A stretch of 40,612 bases of DNA from Candidatus Woesearchaeota archaeon (lineage in GTDB: Archaea; Nanobdellota; Nanobdellia; SCGC-AAA011-G17; GW2011-AR17): NCBI GenBank assembly GCA_009691355.1, contig SICW01000001.1, positions 1 through 40,612 of the forward strand, read 5' to 3'. This document shows positions 20,424-29,079 of this stretch, piece after piece. How positions within the stretch are numbered: the stretch's first letter is position 1; each line of letters begins with the position of its first letter. Position numbers and translations under genes: made by a program. Below the pieces are notes generated by a model. The model had not been told where the DNA came from, did no database searches, and saw only the letters and a program-made list of their open reading frames with translations.

Positions 20424-20561
20424 TATTTTTCTTTTTTTACACATTTCTTCTACAGACCCTATGTATAACTTACCATTAAGAATTGCAAGCCTTTCTACAG
20501 TTGTTGAATGAGAAATGTATTTCTTATACTCTTGCCATAGTTTTGGGTTTTTTATTCTCAT
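20424..20561 (-). pseudogene. Probable C-terminal remnant of a tRNA-adjacent LAGLIDADG-type endonuclease gene
   Basis: KNPKLWQEYKK..HSTTVERLAILNGKL resembles, from memory, the NPKH...TTLEER..IL.G.L tail of DPANN LAGLIDADG-like proteins; no catalytic motif remains. Confidence 0.4.
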
Positions 20562-20600
20562 TTTGGGATACTTTCTTAGTAATAAAAATAGATTATAAGG

Positions 20601-20628
20601 TTGGCGCGGGGGCGTGCCGGGTGTCCAA
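20601..20628. repeat. GC-rich 28-nt dispersed motif, copy A
   Basis: TTGGCGCGGGGGCGTGCCGGGTGTCCAA; 21/28 identical to 25838-25865. Confidence 0.8.
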
Positions 20629-20675
20629 GCTTTCAAAAAGTTTTATAAAGCTCCACAAATTTCAAATTCTATAAC

Positions 20676-20784
20676 GGGCCCGTAGCTCAGCCTGGCTGGA
20701 GCACTAGATCCAAAAGATCTGCTCATTCGACTGATAACAAAGTCAGGTATCGAGAGGTCCTGCGTTCAAATCGCAGCGGGCCCA
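20676..20784 (+). tRNA. tRNA-Ile(GAT) with two introns (20705-20726 at 27/28; 20737-20748 at 37/38)
   Basis: Acceptor GGGCCCG/CGGGCCC, spliced anticodon arm CTCGA-CTGATAA-TCGAG, T arm CTGCG-TTCAAAT-CGCAG; clean BHB helices GAGC/GCTC and CTGA/TCAG; TATA at ~20642. Confidence 0.95.
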
Positions 20785-20795
20785 TTTATTTTTTC

Positions 20796-22352
20796 TTAGA
20801 AAAACTCTGCATACAACTTATTTACAGTACGACCAATATTATTTTCATTCACCGCAACAGTAATATTACTTGGTACTCGATGTGGACCAAAATATTGCAA
20901 GCCATTTCTGGTCACAGAAAGTGTATCTGGTGAAATCCTTTCTTGAAGATAGCTACACATATTCCTTATCTCTTCAGAAAGACCATGTGCACTCGTCCCT
21001 ATAGAAATTGAATCAATCGTTGTAGAAATTCCCGTGATAGGAGCGCCTACACCAGCAAAACATTTCATCACTTCTTGTGCAACGCCAGACTCACTGTTCA
21101 TTCCAAAACGTTCAATATGATAAATGGTTGTGCTGGGAACACGACCACCAAGGATAGGCCCGTATCTTGCATTTGCTTGTCCATCGAGTACTTGTATAAT
21201 TCTATCCTGCAGAGTTATTGGACCTGTAATGCCTTCTCCCACAATAGAAACAAGTGCTTGCCTTTCATGCGTCGCGCTCATATTATATCTTGCCCCAAGC
21301 ACTGCTTCTATATCTGATGCTGCGGGTTTTTCTAATTCTGATTCTTCAAAGGCAATAGATACACGACCATTCTCTGTTCCAATCATATCAATAGATATTG
21401 CCCTTGTAGAAAAAACCTCAAAAAGATCTTGGAAAAATTGAGGATCATCTTCTCTTTGCAAAGTGTAGAGTACAAAGCCTTTTTTTGCGGCGATCCCCAC
21501 CAAGGGTTGCTCTGTACATATTCTTTCACGTACAATTCTTGTTCCAGGATCCTGAGGATGAAAAAGTGAACGAACTGTAATAGGCACGCCAGCTTTTCTT
21601 GACCAAGACATTGCTTCTTCTTGTAAGACTGTACTTCCTCCATAGGCTAATTCACGAAGTTCACGATATGTAAGAATGCGCATGACTGTTGCAGTAGGGA
21701 CATAGCGTGGGTCTGCTGCACAAATTCCAGATTCTTCTTTTAAGTTGACGTACTCAGATGCACGAAGCGTTGCTGCAAGCACATCTGCTGTGAGATCAGA
21801 ACCTCCACTGGGTAAAACAATGGTTCTCCCTTCTTGACTTCTCCCGTAGAAACCGCCAATGACATAGACGTCATCAGATCCATCAAATGGTGTTCTATGT
21901 ACTCCAATGACTTTCCCACTTCTAGAATTGTTTGTTGTTATAAGTGCATCACGTGCATCCACCCAACGGGAGGCTAGCCCACATATATTGAAATAACGAT
22001 TCACTTGCCATGCTTGTGCATGTTCTCCAAGAAAAAGAATATCATCTTCACTTGTTGATCTTGCAAAGCCTTCATCAAGAATATTCCTCTCAAACTTGAT
22101 ACCCAAAGGAGTAGCTATAGATTCATACATTGCTATAATATTTTCTGCCGTGTCTTCTCCCTTTGCTTTTCTTCGAAGAAGTTCGGTAACACGGTTGTCT
22201 CTTCTCTCTCCTTCACGTGCAGGTGCAGAAACAACAAGAACAACTTTGTTTCCAGCATGGACTTCTTTTCTTACTTCTGCTTCTAGAAGTTGGTATCCTT
22301 GCGCAGAACCAGTAGACATTCCCCCAGACTTGAGAACCTTAATAGGTTTCAT
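20796..22352 (-). CDS. lysC: Aspartate kinase family protein, divergent, with expanded ACT region
   Basis: VVSAP, GGFYG, GGSDLTA, ADPR, LTYRELRELAY; overlaps lysA stop. Confidence 0.8.
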   Translation of the reverse strand: MKPIKVLKSGGMSTGSAQGYQLLEAEVRKEVHAGNKVVLVVSAPAREGERRDNRVTELLRRKAKGEDTAENIIAMYESIATPLGIKFERNILDEGFARSTSEDDILFLGEHAQAWQVNRYFNICGLASRWVDARDALITTNNSRSGKVIGVHRTPFDGSDDVYVIGGFYGRSQEGRTIVLPSGGSDLTADVLAATLRASEYVNLKEESGICAADPRYVPTATVMRILTYRELRELAYGGSTVLQEEAMSWSRKAGVPITVRSLFHPQDPGTRIVRERICTEQPLVGIAAKKGFVLYTLQREDDPQFFQDLFEVFSTRAISIDMIGTENGRVSIAFEESELEKPAASDIEAVLGARYNMSATHERQALVSIVGEGITGPITLQDRIIQVLDGQANARYGPILGGRVPSTTIYHIERFGMNSESGVAQEVMKCFAGVGAPITGISTTIDSISIGTSAHGLSEEIRNMCSYLQERISPDTLSVTRNGLQYFGPHRVPSNITVAVNENNIGRTVNKLYAEFF

Positions 22353-23526
22353 TTCTTATGAGATCCTCCGTTGTTTCTCTTTTTCTAATCAGGGAGTATA
22401 ATCCATTTGAGACAAGAATTTCAGCTGCACGTGGTTGTCCATTGTATTGTGAGCCCATGATGAAACCATATGCACCTACAATTTGTATTGCAAGAATGTC
22501 TCCTTCTTTTATTTTTGGCAAGGAACGATCTTTTGCAAAACAATCCGTACTCTCACATATGGGACCAACAACAGTATACTTTTCTGTTTCTGGAAGTGCA
22601 TCATCATTTGCAAGTACAATTGGATGATATGCACCATAGAGCATAGGCCGGATTAAGGTTGTCATTCCTGCATCGACACCAATGAATTTTTCTTTTATAG
22701 TAGTTACCTTTGTAAGGAGTGTTCCTGACTGGGCAACAATATATCTTCCTGGTTCTAGGACTAAAGTTGCAGGAGATTTCTTTACACGTTGTATTCTTTC
22801 TCCAACTGCTTTCAGGTTTAAAGGTTTTTCAAAAGGCTCATAGGGTACACCAATGCCTCCTCCAATATCCATCCACTCAAAAGTGATCCCCACTTTCTTT
22901 TCAATACTTTCCGCAATTGTTTCTATAGTCAATATCAGTTTCTCAAAATAAGCTTCATCTAAAATACAAGAACCAGTCATCATGTGAATACCGAAATGCT
23001 GGACACCCGATTCTTTTGCAAGTTTATAGCATTCTGTAGCCAGTTCTTCCGACATGCCAAACTTTGCATCTTTTCCCCCCACATCAATTTCGGGGAATTT
23101 CCCATTTCCAAAACCAGGATTAATACGGAAGGATATTTTTTTAGGAAGACCTATTTTTTGTAAACGACGAAAAATGGAGATATGATCTAAATTCATGAGA
23201 ATACCGGTGGATAATGCTTTCTTTAAATCTTCATCAGAAGGGTTTGTCGAAGTGAATACTGATCTTTTAAGATCAAAACCCGCTTTCTCTGCAAGTTCTA
23301 GTTCAAAACGATTTGAACAGTCTACACCTAGTCCTTGCTGTGCAATGAGCTTTAGAATGGAGAGGTTGGGATTTGCTTTTATTGCATAACAGATATGTGC
23401 TTGAGGAAATGCTTCTTTGAGATCATTTATTCTTTGGAGAATAATTTGTTTGTCATAGACATAAAGAGGAGTACCAAACTCCTTTGCTAGGGTTACTGCT
23501 GAGATTCCACCAATTTGTCTTTCCAT
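22339..23526 (-). CDS. lysA: Diaminopimelate decarboxylase
   Basis: GTPLYVYD, YAIKAN, DIGGG, EPGRY, GPICESTD, GAYG..M.SQYN. Confidence 0.93.
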   Translation of the reverse strand: MERQIGGISAVTLAKEFGTPLYVYDKQIILQRINDLKEAFPQAHICYAIKANPNLSILKLIAQQGLGVDCSNRFELELAEKAGFDLKRSVFTSTNPSDEDLKKALSTGILMNLDHISIFRRLQKIGLPKKISFRINPGFGNGKFPEIDVGGKDAKFGMSEELATECYKLAKESGVQHFGIHMMTGSCILDEAYFEKLILTIETIAESIEKKVGITFEWMDIGGGIGVPYEPFEKPLNLKAVGERIQRVKKSPATLVLEPGRYIVAQSGTLLTKVTTIKEKFIGVDAGMTTLIRPMLYGAYHPIVLANDDALPETEKYTVVGPICESTDCFAKDRSLPKIKEGDILAIQIVGAYGFIMGSQYNGQPRAAEILVSNGLYSLIRKRETTEDLIRNETY

Positions 23527-23561
23527 GACTTCTGAGGGAATAAAATAAGAATTTAAAAAGC

Positions 23562-25589
23562 TTAGCCTATGCGGCAGCCAGGCCTTGCAGTTTTTTCAGG
23601 ACTGAGAATGATGAGTTTTTCATCAGAGTCAGCTGCAAGAAGCATTCCATGACTTTCTACACCCCGAATTACTGCTGGTTGTAAATTCGTAAAGACAGCA
23701 ATTTGTTTTCCTATAAGCTCTTCTGCTTTGTAATGCTGTCGTATTCCTGCTACGATTTGTCTTGCCTTTTCTTCTCCTACGTCTACTTGTAAAATGTAGA
23801 GACGATCTGCATTTGGATGGGGCTCTACTTTCAGAATCTTTCCTACTTTGAATTTCATTTTTTCCCAGTCAGAAAATGGAACGGATGCTTCTGCTTCTGA
23901 TTTTGTGGAAGGCACTGTTTGTTTCTCCTCTTTCTTGAAGTAATTTGTAATTTTTGAAGTTTTCTCTTTTAATTCTTCAATCTTTTGATCTTCTAATTTA
24001 GTAAAAAGAAGTTCTGCCTTGTTTATTTTGTGTTTAGGCTTGAGGGTCTGCTTCGTTAGAGTTTTAAAATCAGATTCTTTACTATTGAGCATTCCTAATA
24101 TTTTCTTTGATGTTGCTGGAAGATATGGCTGTATAATAAGAGCAAGAGTCTTAGAAAGGTTTAAACAAATATACACGACAGTATTTGCGTGCTTCGTATC
24201 TCTCCAGGGTTCATTCTCTTGGAAATATTTATTCCCCATTGTAGATAATTTCATGATCTCATCCATAGCAATACGAAGTTCTACTTTTTCATATGCAGAA
24301 AGAATAACTTTGATTTGTTTGTCTACATCTTTCAAGAATTTGTTATCCTTACTTGTTAAAGAAGGAATTGGGATTTGACTTTCAAAATTTTTGTTTGTAA
24401 ATGTAATTGTTCGATTAATAAAATTCCCGAGATTAGCAACAAGTTCATTATTCACTTTGTCTTGAAAATCAGACCATAAAAATTCTGTATCTCTTGTTTC
24501 TGGAATTAAGTATGCCATATAATATCTCCAGTATTCTGGAGAAAGATCTATCTTTGGGAGATTTTCACAAAAAATGCCACGATTGTTACTTTTCGAAAAT
24601 TTTCCTCGTTCATAATTTAAGTATTGAACACCCACGACATTATATGGAAGGTTGATGTCTTTATGTGCTAACAACAACCCAGGAAAAAATATCGTGTGAA
24701 AAGGAATATTGTCTTTTCCTACAAAATGATATATCTTTGCCTTGGGATCTGTCCAATATTGTTTCCACTTTGTTTTATTCCATTCTTTGGTGCTAGAAAT
24801 GTACCCTAGTGGTGCTTCTGCCCAAACATACCATACAAATTGTTCATACCCTTTTATAGGAACTTGAATTCCCCACTTTAAATTTCTTGTAATGCAACGA
24901 GGTTTTAATCCATCACGAATCCAAGCTAAAGCTAAGTTTTTTACTTGTGGACGCAATTGTTTATTTTTCTCTAACCATTTTTCAATCTTGGAAGAAAGCT
25001 TTTCTAAATCTAAAAATAAGTGGGAGATTTCTTTAAATTCTATTTTATTTGAACCACAAGCTTTACATTTTGCTTTCAGAAGCTTCTCTGGATCTAATAA
25101 AATTCCACAACTTTCACATTGATCTCCTCGAGCATTTTCATATCCACATTTTGGGCAGGTTCCCTCAATATATCTATCTGCAAGTTCTCTTTTACAAGAT
25201 AAACAATGAGGAAGTTTAATTTTTTTTTCAGAGATGTACCCATTTTTGTACACCATTTTTAGAAATTCATTTGCGGTTTCATGATGGATTTTTCTACTTG
25301 ATCTTGAAAAATTATCATAACTTATTTCAAACCATTCATAAATCTCTTTATGAATCTTATAGAAAATGTCACAAAGCTCTTGAGGGCTAACTCCATTTTG
25401 TTGCGCAGCTATTTCACTTGCTGTTCCATGTTCATCAGTTCCTCCAATGAAAATAGTATCATATCCAGCTAAACGACAATACCGTGCAAAAACATCAGCA
25501 GGATAATGAGAACCGACCATATTTCCTAAGTGAGGAACATTGTTTGTATAAGGAAGTGCTGCTGTGATAAGTCTTTTTTCTTTAACCAT
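23562..25589 (-). CDS. metG: Methionyl-tRNA synthetase with C-terminal tRNA-binding domain
   Basis: PHLGN (HIGH), GTDEHG, zinc knuckles, GKDNIPFH, KFSKS, C-terminal OB fold. Confidence 0.97.
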   Translation of the reverse strand: MVKEKRLITAALPYTNNVPHLGNMVGSHYPADVFARYCRLAGYDTIFIGGTDEHGTASEIAAQQNGVSPQELCDIFYKIHKEIYEWFEISYDNFSRSSRKIHHETANEFLKMVYKNGYISEKKIKLPHCLSCKRELADRYIEGTCPKCGYENARGDQCESCGILLDPEKLLKAKCKACGSNKIEFKEISHLFLDLEKLSSKIEKWLEKNKQLRPQVKNLALAWIRDGLKPRCITRNLKWGIQVPIKGYEQFVWYVWAEAPLGYISSTKEWNKTKWKQYWTDPKAKIYHFVGKDNIPFHTIFFPGLLLAHKDINLPYNVVGVQYLNYERGKFSKSNNRGIFCENLPKIDLSPEYWRYYMAYLIPETRDTEFLWSDFQDKVNNELVANLGNFINRTITFTNKNFESQIPIPSLTSKDNKFLKDVDKQIKVILSAYEKVELRIAMDEIMKLSTMGNKYFQENEPWRDTKHANTVVYICLNLSKTLALIIQPYLPATSKKILGMLNSKESDFKTLTKQTLKPKHKINKAELLFTKLEDQKIEELKEKTSKITNYFKKEEKQTVPSTKSEAEASVPFSDWEKMKFKVGKILKVEPHPNADRLYILQVDVGEEKARQIVAGIRQHYKAEELIGKQIAVFTNLQPAVIRGVESHGMLLAADSDEKLIILSPEKTARPGCRIG

Positions 25590-25825
25590 AAAAATCACTT
25601 TTTGAACGAATACCAAAATAAAAGTTTCTTCGCTTTATATTCTTTATTGCTTGACTTATAGCTTTTTGTTTGTTTTTATGCTTAGAATACTTCTTTAACT
25701 CTTCAAGAAGCTTTAAAAGACAATTCTTTCGAGAGATATTAAGAGGTTAGGTTCTCATCTATGTAAAAGCTTTTTAATTCTTGCTTAGAAAGAGATACTC
25801 TTTTGATAATTCTAAAACCAGGATT
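25582..25825 (-). pseudogene. Internally deleted remnant of an HTH + LAGLIDADG-type endonuclease gene
   Basis: N-piece RIIKRVSLSKQELKSFYIDENLT joined out of frame at ~25745 to C-piece LNISRKNCLLKLLEELKKYSKHKNKQKAISQAIKNIKRRNFYFG; stop overlaps the metG start; family assignment from memory. Confidence 0.55.
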
Positions 25826-25837
25826 TTAGTTATATAT

Positions 25838-25865
25838 CTGACGCGGAGGTCTGCCAGGTGTCCAG
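25838..25865. repeat. GC-rich 28-nt dispersed motif, copy B
   Basis: CTGACGCGGAGGTCTGCCAGGTGTCCAG; matches copy A at 20601-20628. Confidence 0.8.
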
Positions 25866-25867
25866 GG

Positions 25868-26245
25868 TTAAACTCCGAAGTTTTCTTGTAAGAACATAAG
25901 CATATTTTTATTATCTAAAATCTCAAAAAGCATCTTTGCCTGTTGCCCTTTTCCTTGGTTCATACATTCATGTGCACAGGCTTCCATTCTTCTTCGATCT
26001 TGCGAAAATTTATAGAAATATGCTGCATCAGGGAAACGTCCTTGTTTTGCTAACCAATCACCGGAAGCGAGGAGTTCTTCTTTTAAGCCAGCTTTTGCGA
26101 AAGCTTTACCCGATTCTTCAAATAGGGATTCCTTGAATAAAATTGTTCCTGCTTCAAGAAGTGTCTTTTTTCTAATGCTTTCAGGGATTTCTACATTATC
26201 CACACCCTTGGACATAATGAGTTTTGTGATTATTCCATATTCCAT
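25868..26245 (-). CDS. Hypothetical alpha-helical (TPR-like) protein
   Basis: 125 aa with repeated 'G..L...G.F..A...F' pattern. Confidence 0.65.
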   Translation of the reverse strand: MEYGIITKLIMSKGVDNVEIPESIRKKTLLEAGTILFKESLFEESGKAFAKAGLKEELLASGDWLAKQGRFPDAAYFYKFSQDRRRMEACAHECMNQGKGQQAKMLFEILDNKNMLMFLQENFGV

Positions 26246-26327
26246 AGGTTTTCTTTATAATTTGCTCTTAAAAAGGATTATTGCAGTGGAAGATACTTTT
26301 AAAAAGACTCTTTTTCTTTTTCTTGCT

Positions 26328-27149
26328 GTGGAAGACCTAGAAACACTTACAAAGAAAATTGATCAAAAACTACGCACACTTACCAGACATGAGCATGTGC
26401 ACCTTACGGATAGAGGGAACTCTGCAATTTTCCTTGCTATGCATATTGCAAAAAAAATGAATCCCAAAGCAGACATTCTTATTCCAGATCAAGGAGGATG
26501 GTTTTCTTATAAAGGATATCCACAGTTCTTCGGCTTTAATATCGTCGAAGTAAAAACAGACTATGGGATTATTGATTTGAAAGATTTAAAGAGAAAGGCA
26601 AAGACTGGATCTTGTTTCATCTTTAGCTCTTTTGCAGGATATTTTGCTGAACAACCTTTACGAAAAATTAAAACGATTTGCAAGAAAGCAGGTTGCCTTA
26701 TGATTGAAGATGCTTCTGGTGCGATTGGAGATACGAAACTCTGTAATGGAAATTACTCCGATATTATTGTAGGAAGTTTTGGAAAGTGGAAACCTGTAGA
26801 ATGTGGCTATGGTGGATGGATTTCTGTGAAGAGTAAAGAATATTTTGATGTTGCACAGGAAGCTCTCTCCATTACAAAAGTACACCCTCAGTTTTATCGA
26901 GAGATTGGAGAAGCATTAAAAAATAATAAATTCAAAAAATTGCTTGCATTACAGAACACAGTAAAACAGGAACTGAAAGATTTTGAGGTATTACATCGAG
27001 ATTCACGAGGATTAAATGTGGTAGTGAAGTTTGACCCTAGAGTTCTTGCGTACTGTATAGAAAAAAAATACCCTTATGTCCTTTGCCCTAGTTATATTCG
27101 TGTCAATGAAAGGGCTGTTTCTATCGAGTTGAAACGATTGTCCTTCTAG
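26328..27149 (+). CDS. PLP-dependent DegT/DnrJ-like aminotransferase family protein
   Basis: RGNSAI, IEDASG, GSFGKWK...GYGG; GTG 26328 lies ~25 nt after a TTTTAAA box, and the longer ORF call overlaps the divergent gene. Confidence 0.75.
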   Translation: MEDLETLTKKIDQKLRTLTRHEHVHLTDRGNSAIFLAMHIAKKMNPKADILIPDQGGWFSYKGYPQFFGFNIVEVKTDYGIIDLKDLKRKAKTGSCFIFSSFAGYFAEQPLRKIKTICKKAGCLMIEDASGAIGDTKLCNGNYSDIIVGSFGKWKPVECGYGGWISVKSKEYFDVAQEALSITKVHPQFYREIGEALKNNKFKKLLALQNTVKQELKDFEVLHRDSRGLNVVVKFDPRVLAYCIEKKYPYVLCPSYIRVNERAVSIELKRLSF

Positions 27150-27189
27150 AGTAGCAACATTTATATAGTTCCTTTCTTGGTTGATTATA

Positions 27190-27996
27190 ATGAACATCCA
27201 CGTACTCACAGAAAGGAAGGGCTCAAACCCTGGAGGAAAAGTCCACTTAGACTTAGGTCAGAGGAAGGGGGATTATTACTTTAAGTACTGCGTGGGAAAT
27301 AAGTCCGGTGAAGAAAGACTCCTTGCTGAACACCAACCGATATATGAAGCTGCTACCCTTGCTTGGACTGAACATATAGGACTTCACGTACCTACATTTT
27401 TTGTTCTTGTAAGAAACTCCCCCATGACTTTTTCTTATCGAACACCCGTACCGCGTTTAGATGCACAGAAGCCATATTATTTGCTTTCTCAGCTTGTGGA
27501 ATTACCTTGCGAAGTGGATGAGAAAAGACTGAGTGAAATTCTTGCTAAAGAGAAAGTGTATAGAGACTGCCTTGGAATTACGGATGTTTCTGGAAAAAGA
27601 CAAAACTATACCCACATACACAATGAAGCAGAGGATTATGCACTCTATATTGATCTAGGTTGTAGCTTTGTTCATGCGGTTGGAGGATTTATTATAAGAC
27701 GTAAACATAGTGCACCACCTGCAAAACGTGAACGAAAAAGAATGGAAAAAGCTTTGCAAGAACATGCACTTGAGACTCCGAGGGGAGAATTATTACGATT
27801 TTCAGAAGTCTATGAGCTTCTCTTTCAAACACCTATTCCTCTTGTGGATACCCAACGGGGTGTACTACGAAAAGGGACACTAGAATCTTTGTTACATCCA
27901 GATGAACAAGAATGCATCAGAGAAATAGTCTTCACAGAAATATATGAAACTCTTAAGAGACATAAAAAACTACATTCTCCTAAAATTATTTTTTAG
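27190..27996 (+). CDS. Atypical kinase-like protein (HipA/PI3-PI4K-like superfamily)
   Basis: GSNPGG loop, YYFKY, IYE helix, DVSGKRQN, YIDLG. Confidence 0.6.
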   Translation: MNIHVLTERKGSNPGGKVHLDLGQRKGDYYFKYCVGNKSGEERLLAEHQPIYEAATLAWTEHIGLHVPTFFVLVRNSPMTFSYRTPVPRLDAQKPYYLLSQLVELPCEVDEKRLSEILAKEKVYRDCLGITDVSGKRQNYTHIHNEAEDYALYIDLGCSFVHAVGGFIIRRKHSAPPAKRERKRMEKALQEHALETPRGELLRFSEVYELLFQTPIPLVDTQRGVLRKGTLESLLHPDEQECIREIVFTEIYETLKRHKKLHSPKIIF

Positions 27997-28046
27997 ATAT
28001 TTAGTTGAGGAAAATTTATATAGCTACAGATTTTCTTAGACGTACA

Positions 28047-28763
28047 ATGAACTTCATCAGAAAAATTGCAGAAGGGAAAAGTGACGAATGGACGAAAAGA
28101 CAATTCACTCGTTATGGTATGGGGACATATGAACAAAAAGCACTTCTTCAAATAAGTAAAGGAAAAAAGGGAGGAAAAATTTCTTCCAGTTTTGAATTTG
28201 CTCCAGACTTTGCGTATGCACTTGCAGAAAGTGTGAAAAATAAAGTACAGGTCACTGGAGGTATTATTACCAAACAAAAGCTTACAGAAGAGGATGCGGG
28301 CTTTCCTTTTGCAGGGATGAAGCAATTTGCTGGTGTGAAAACATATTTGATTGATACTGATCTTACCAAAGCACAGATTCAAGGACTCTTTGGAAAATAT
28401 TCTTCTGGGCTTGTCCTTCTTTCTTTCAAAACAGATATGGGAGAATTAAAAACAAAAGTAAAAAGTCCTAAGTCTACGAAAGCAAAGATTGAGGGAGAAA
28501 ATGCAGAATTACCTAAGGCTGATTTTTGTAGTTTTAAAACAACAGATATGAAAATTCTAGAGGATTATGCATTTGATGTGGCGAAAGATTTTACGAAGGT
28601 GTTTATTATGCATAGTTTTGTTATTGAAAGTTTAGAGATTCCTAAACAATATGAGAAAGACTTTGTACTTGCTCGGCTTCATGCACTCAGAAAGGGAAAA
28701 TTAATAAGGGAGATTCACCTAGGAGAGAAGAAGATTGGCAAAGAATACACACTCTCGGTCTAA
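28047..28763 (+). CDS. Hypothetical protein
   Basis: 238 aa Lys-rich ORF; TATA ~30 nt upstream of ATG 28047. Confidence 0.7.
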   Translation: MNFIRKIAEGKSDEWTKRQFTRYGMGTYEQKALLQISKGKKGGKISSSFEFAPDFAYALAESVKNKVQVTGGIITKQKLTEEDAGFPFAGMKQFAGVKTYLIDTDLTKAQIQGLFGKYSSGLVLLSFKTDMGELKTKVKSPKSTKAKIEGENAELPKADFCSFKTTDMKILEDYAFDVAKDFTKVFIMHSFVIESLEIPKQYEKDFVLARLHALRKGKLIREIHLGEKKIGKEYTLSV

Positions 28764-29019
28764 GAAAGAAGAAGTGAAAAAAGAGCACGTTGTTGTACGT
28801 GCAAGTAGAGCTGTGTATTATGTTCTAGGGGCATTCTTTGAAGCTCTGACTAGCGATTTTCCGAGTAATGTACGAAAGAGGTATGCACGACCCCGAGATG
28901 AATATGTTGAGGTTAAAGTTCCTCGAGGGTATAAAGATACGAAAGGTGGACCAGAGTATAAAGACCTCTCTTCTACGAACGAATTCTCTGATTTTGGTGG
29001 TTTGCCTGGTTTTAAGTAG
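28735..29019 (+). CDS. Small hypothetical protein
   Basis: 94 aa ORF with TTG start filling the gap; start uncertain. Confidence 0.4.
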   Translation: MAKNTHSRSKKEEVKKEHVVVRASRAVYYVLGAFFEALTSDFPSNVRKRYARPRDEYVEVKVPRGYKDTKGGPEYKDLSSTNEFSDFGGLPGFK

Positions 29020-29079
29020 CTACTTTTAAGGAGTTACAAAAAGGGAAGATTTATATAGTCTTTTTTATGCTTAAATGGT

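Noticed and set aside
20601..20628. GC-rich motif as a split tRNA half, CRISPR repeat or integron attC site
   Set aside because: No D- or T-loop consensus, only two copies 5 kb apart with no spacers, and no proper attC core boxes
20382..20636. 84-aa minus-strand ORF as an intact gene
   Set aside because: Runs antisense into tRNA-Asn and through the repeat motif; treated as a relic
26133..26327. N-terminal extension of the aminotransferase in the ORF track
   Set aside because: Overlaps the divergent gene; a TATA box supports the GTG start at 26328
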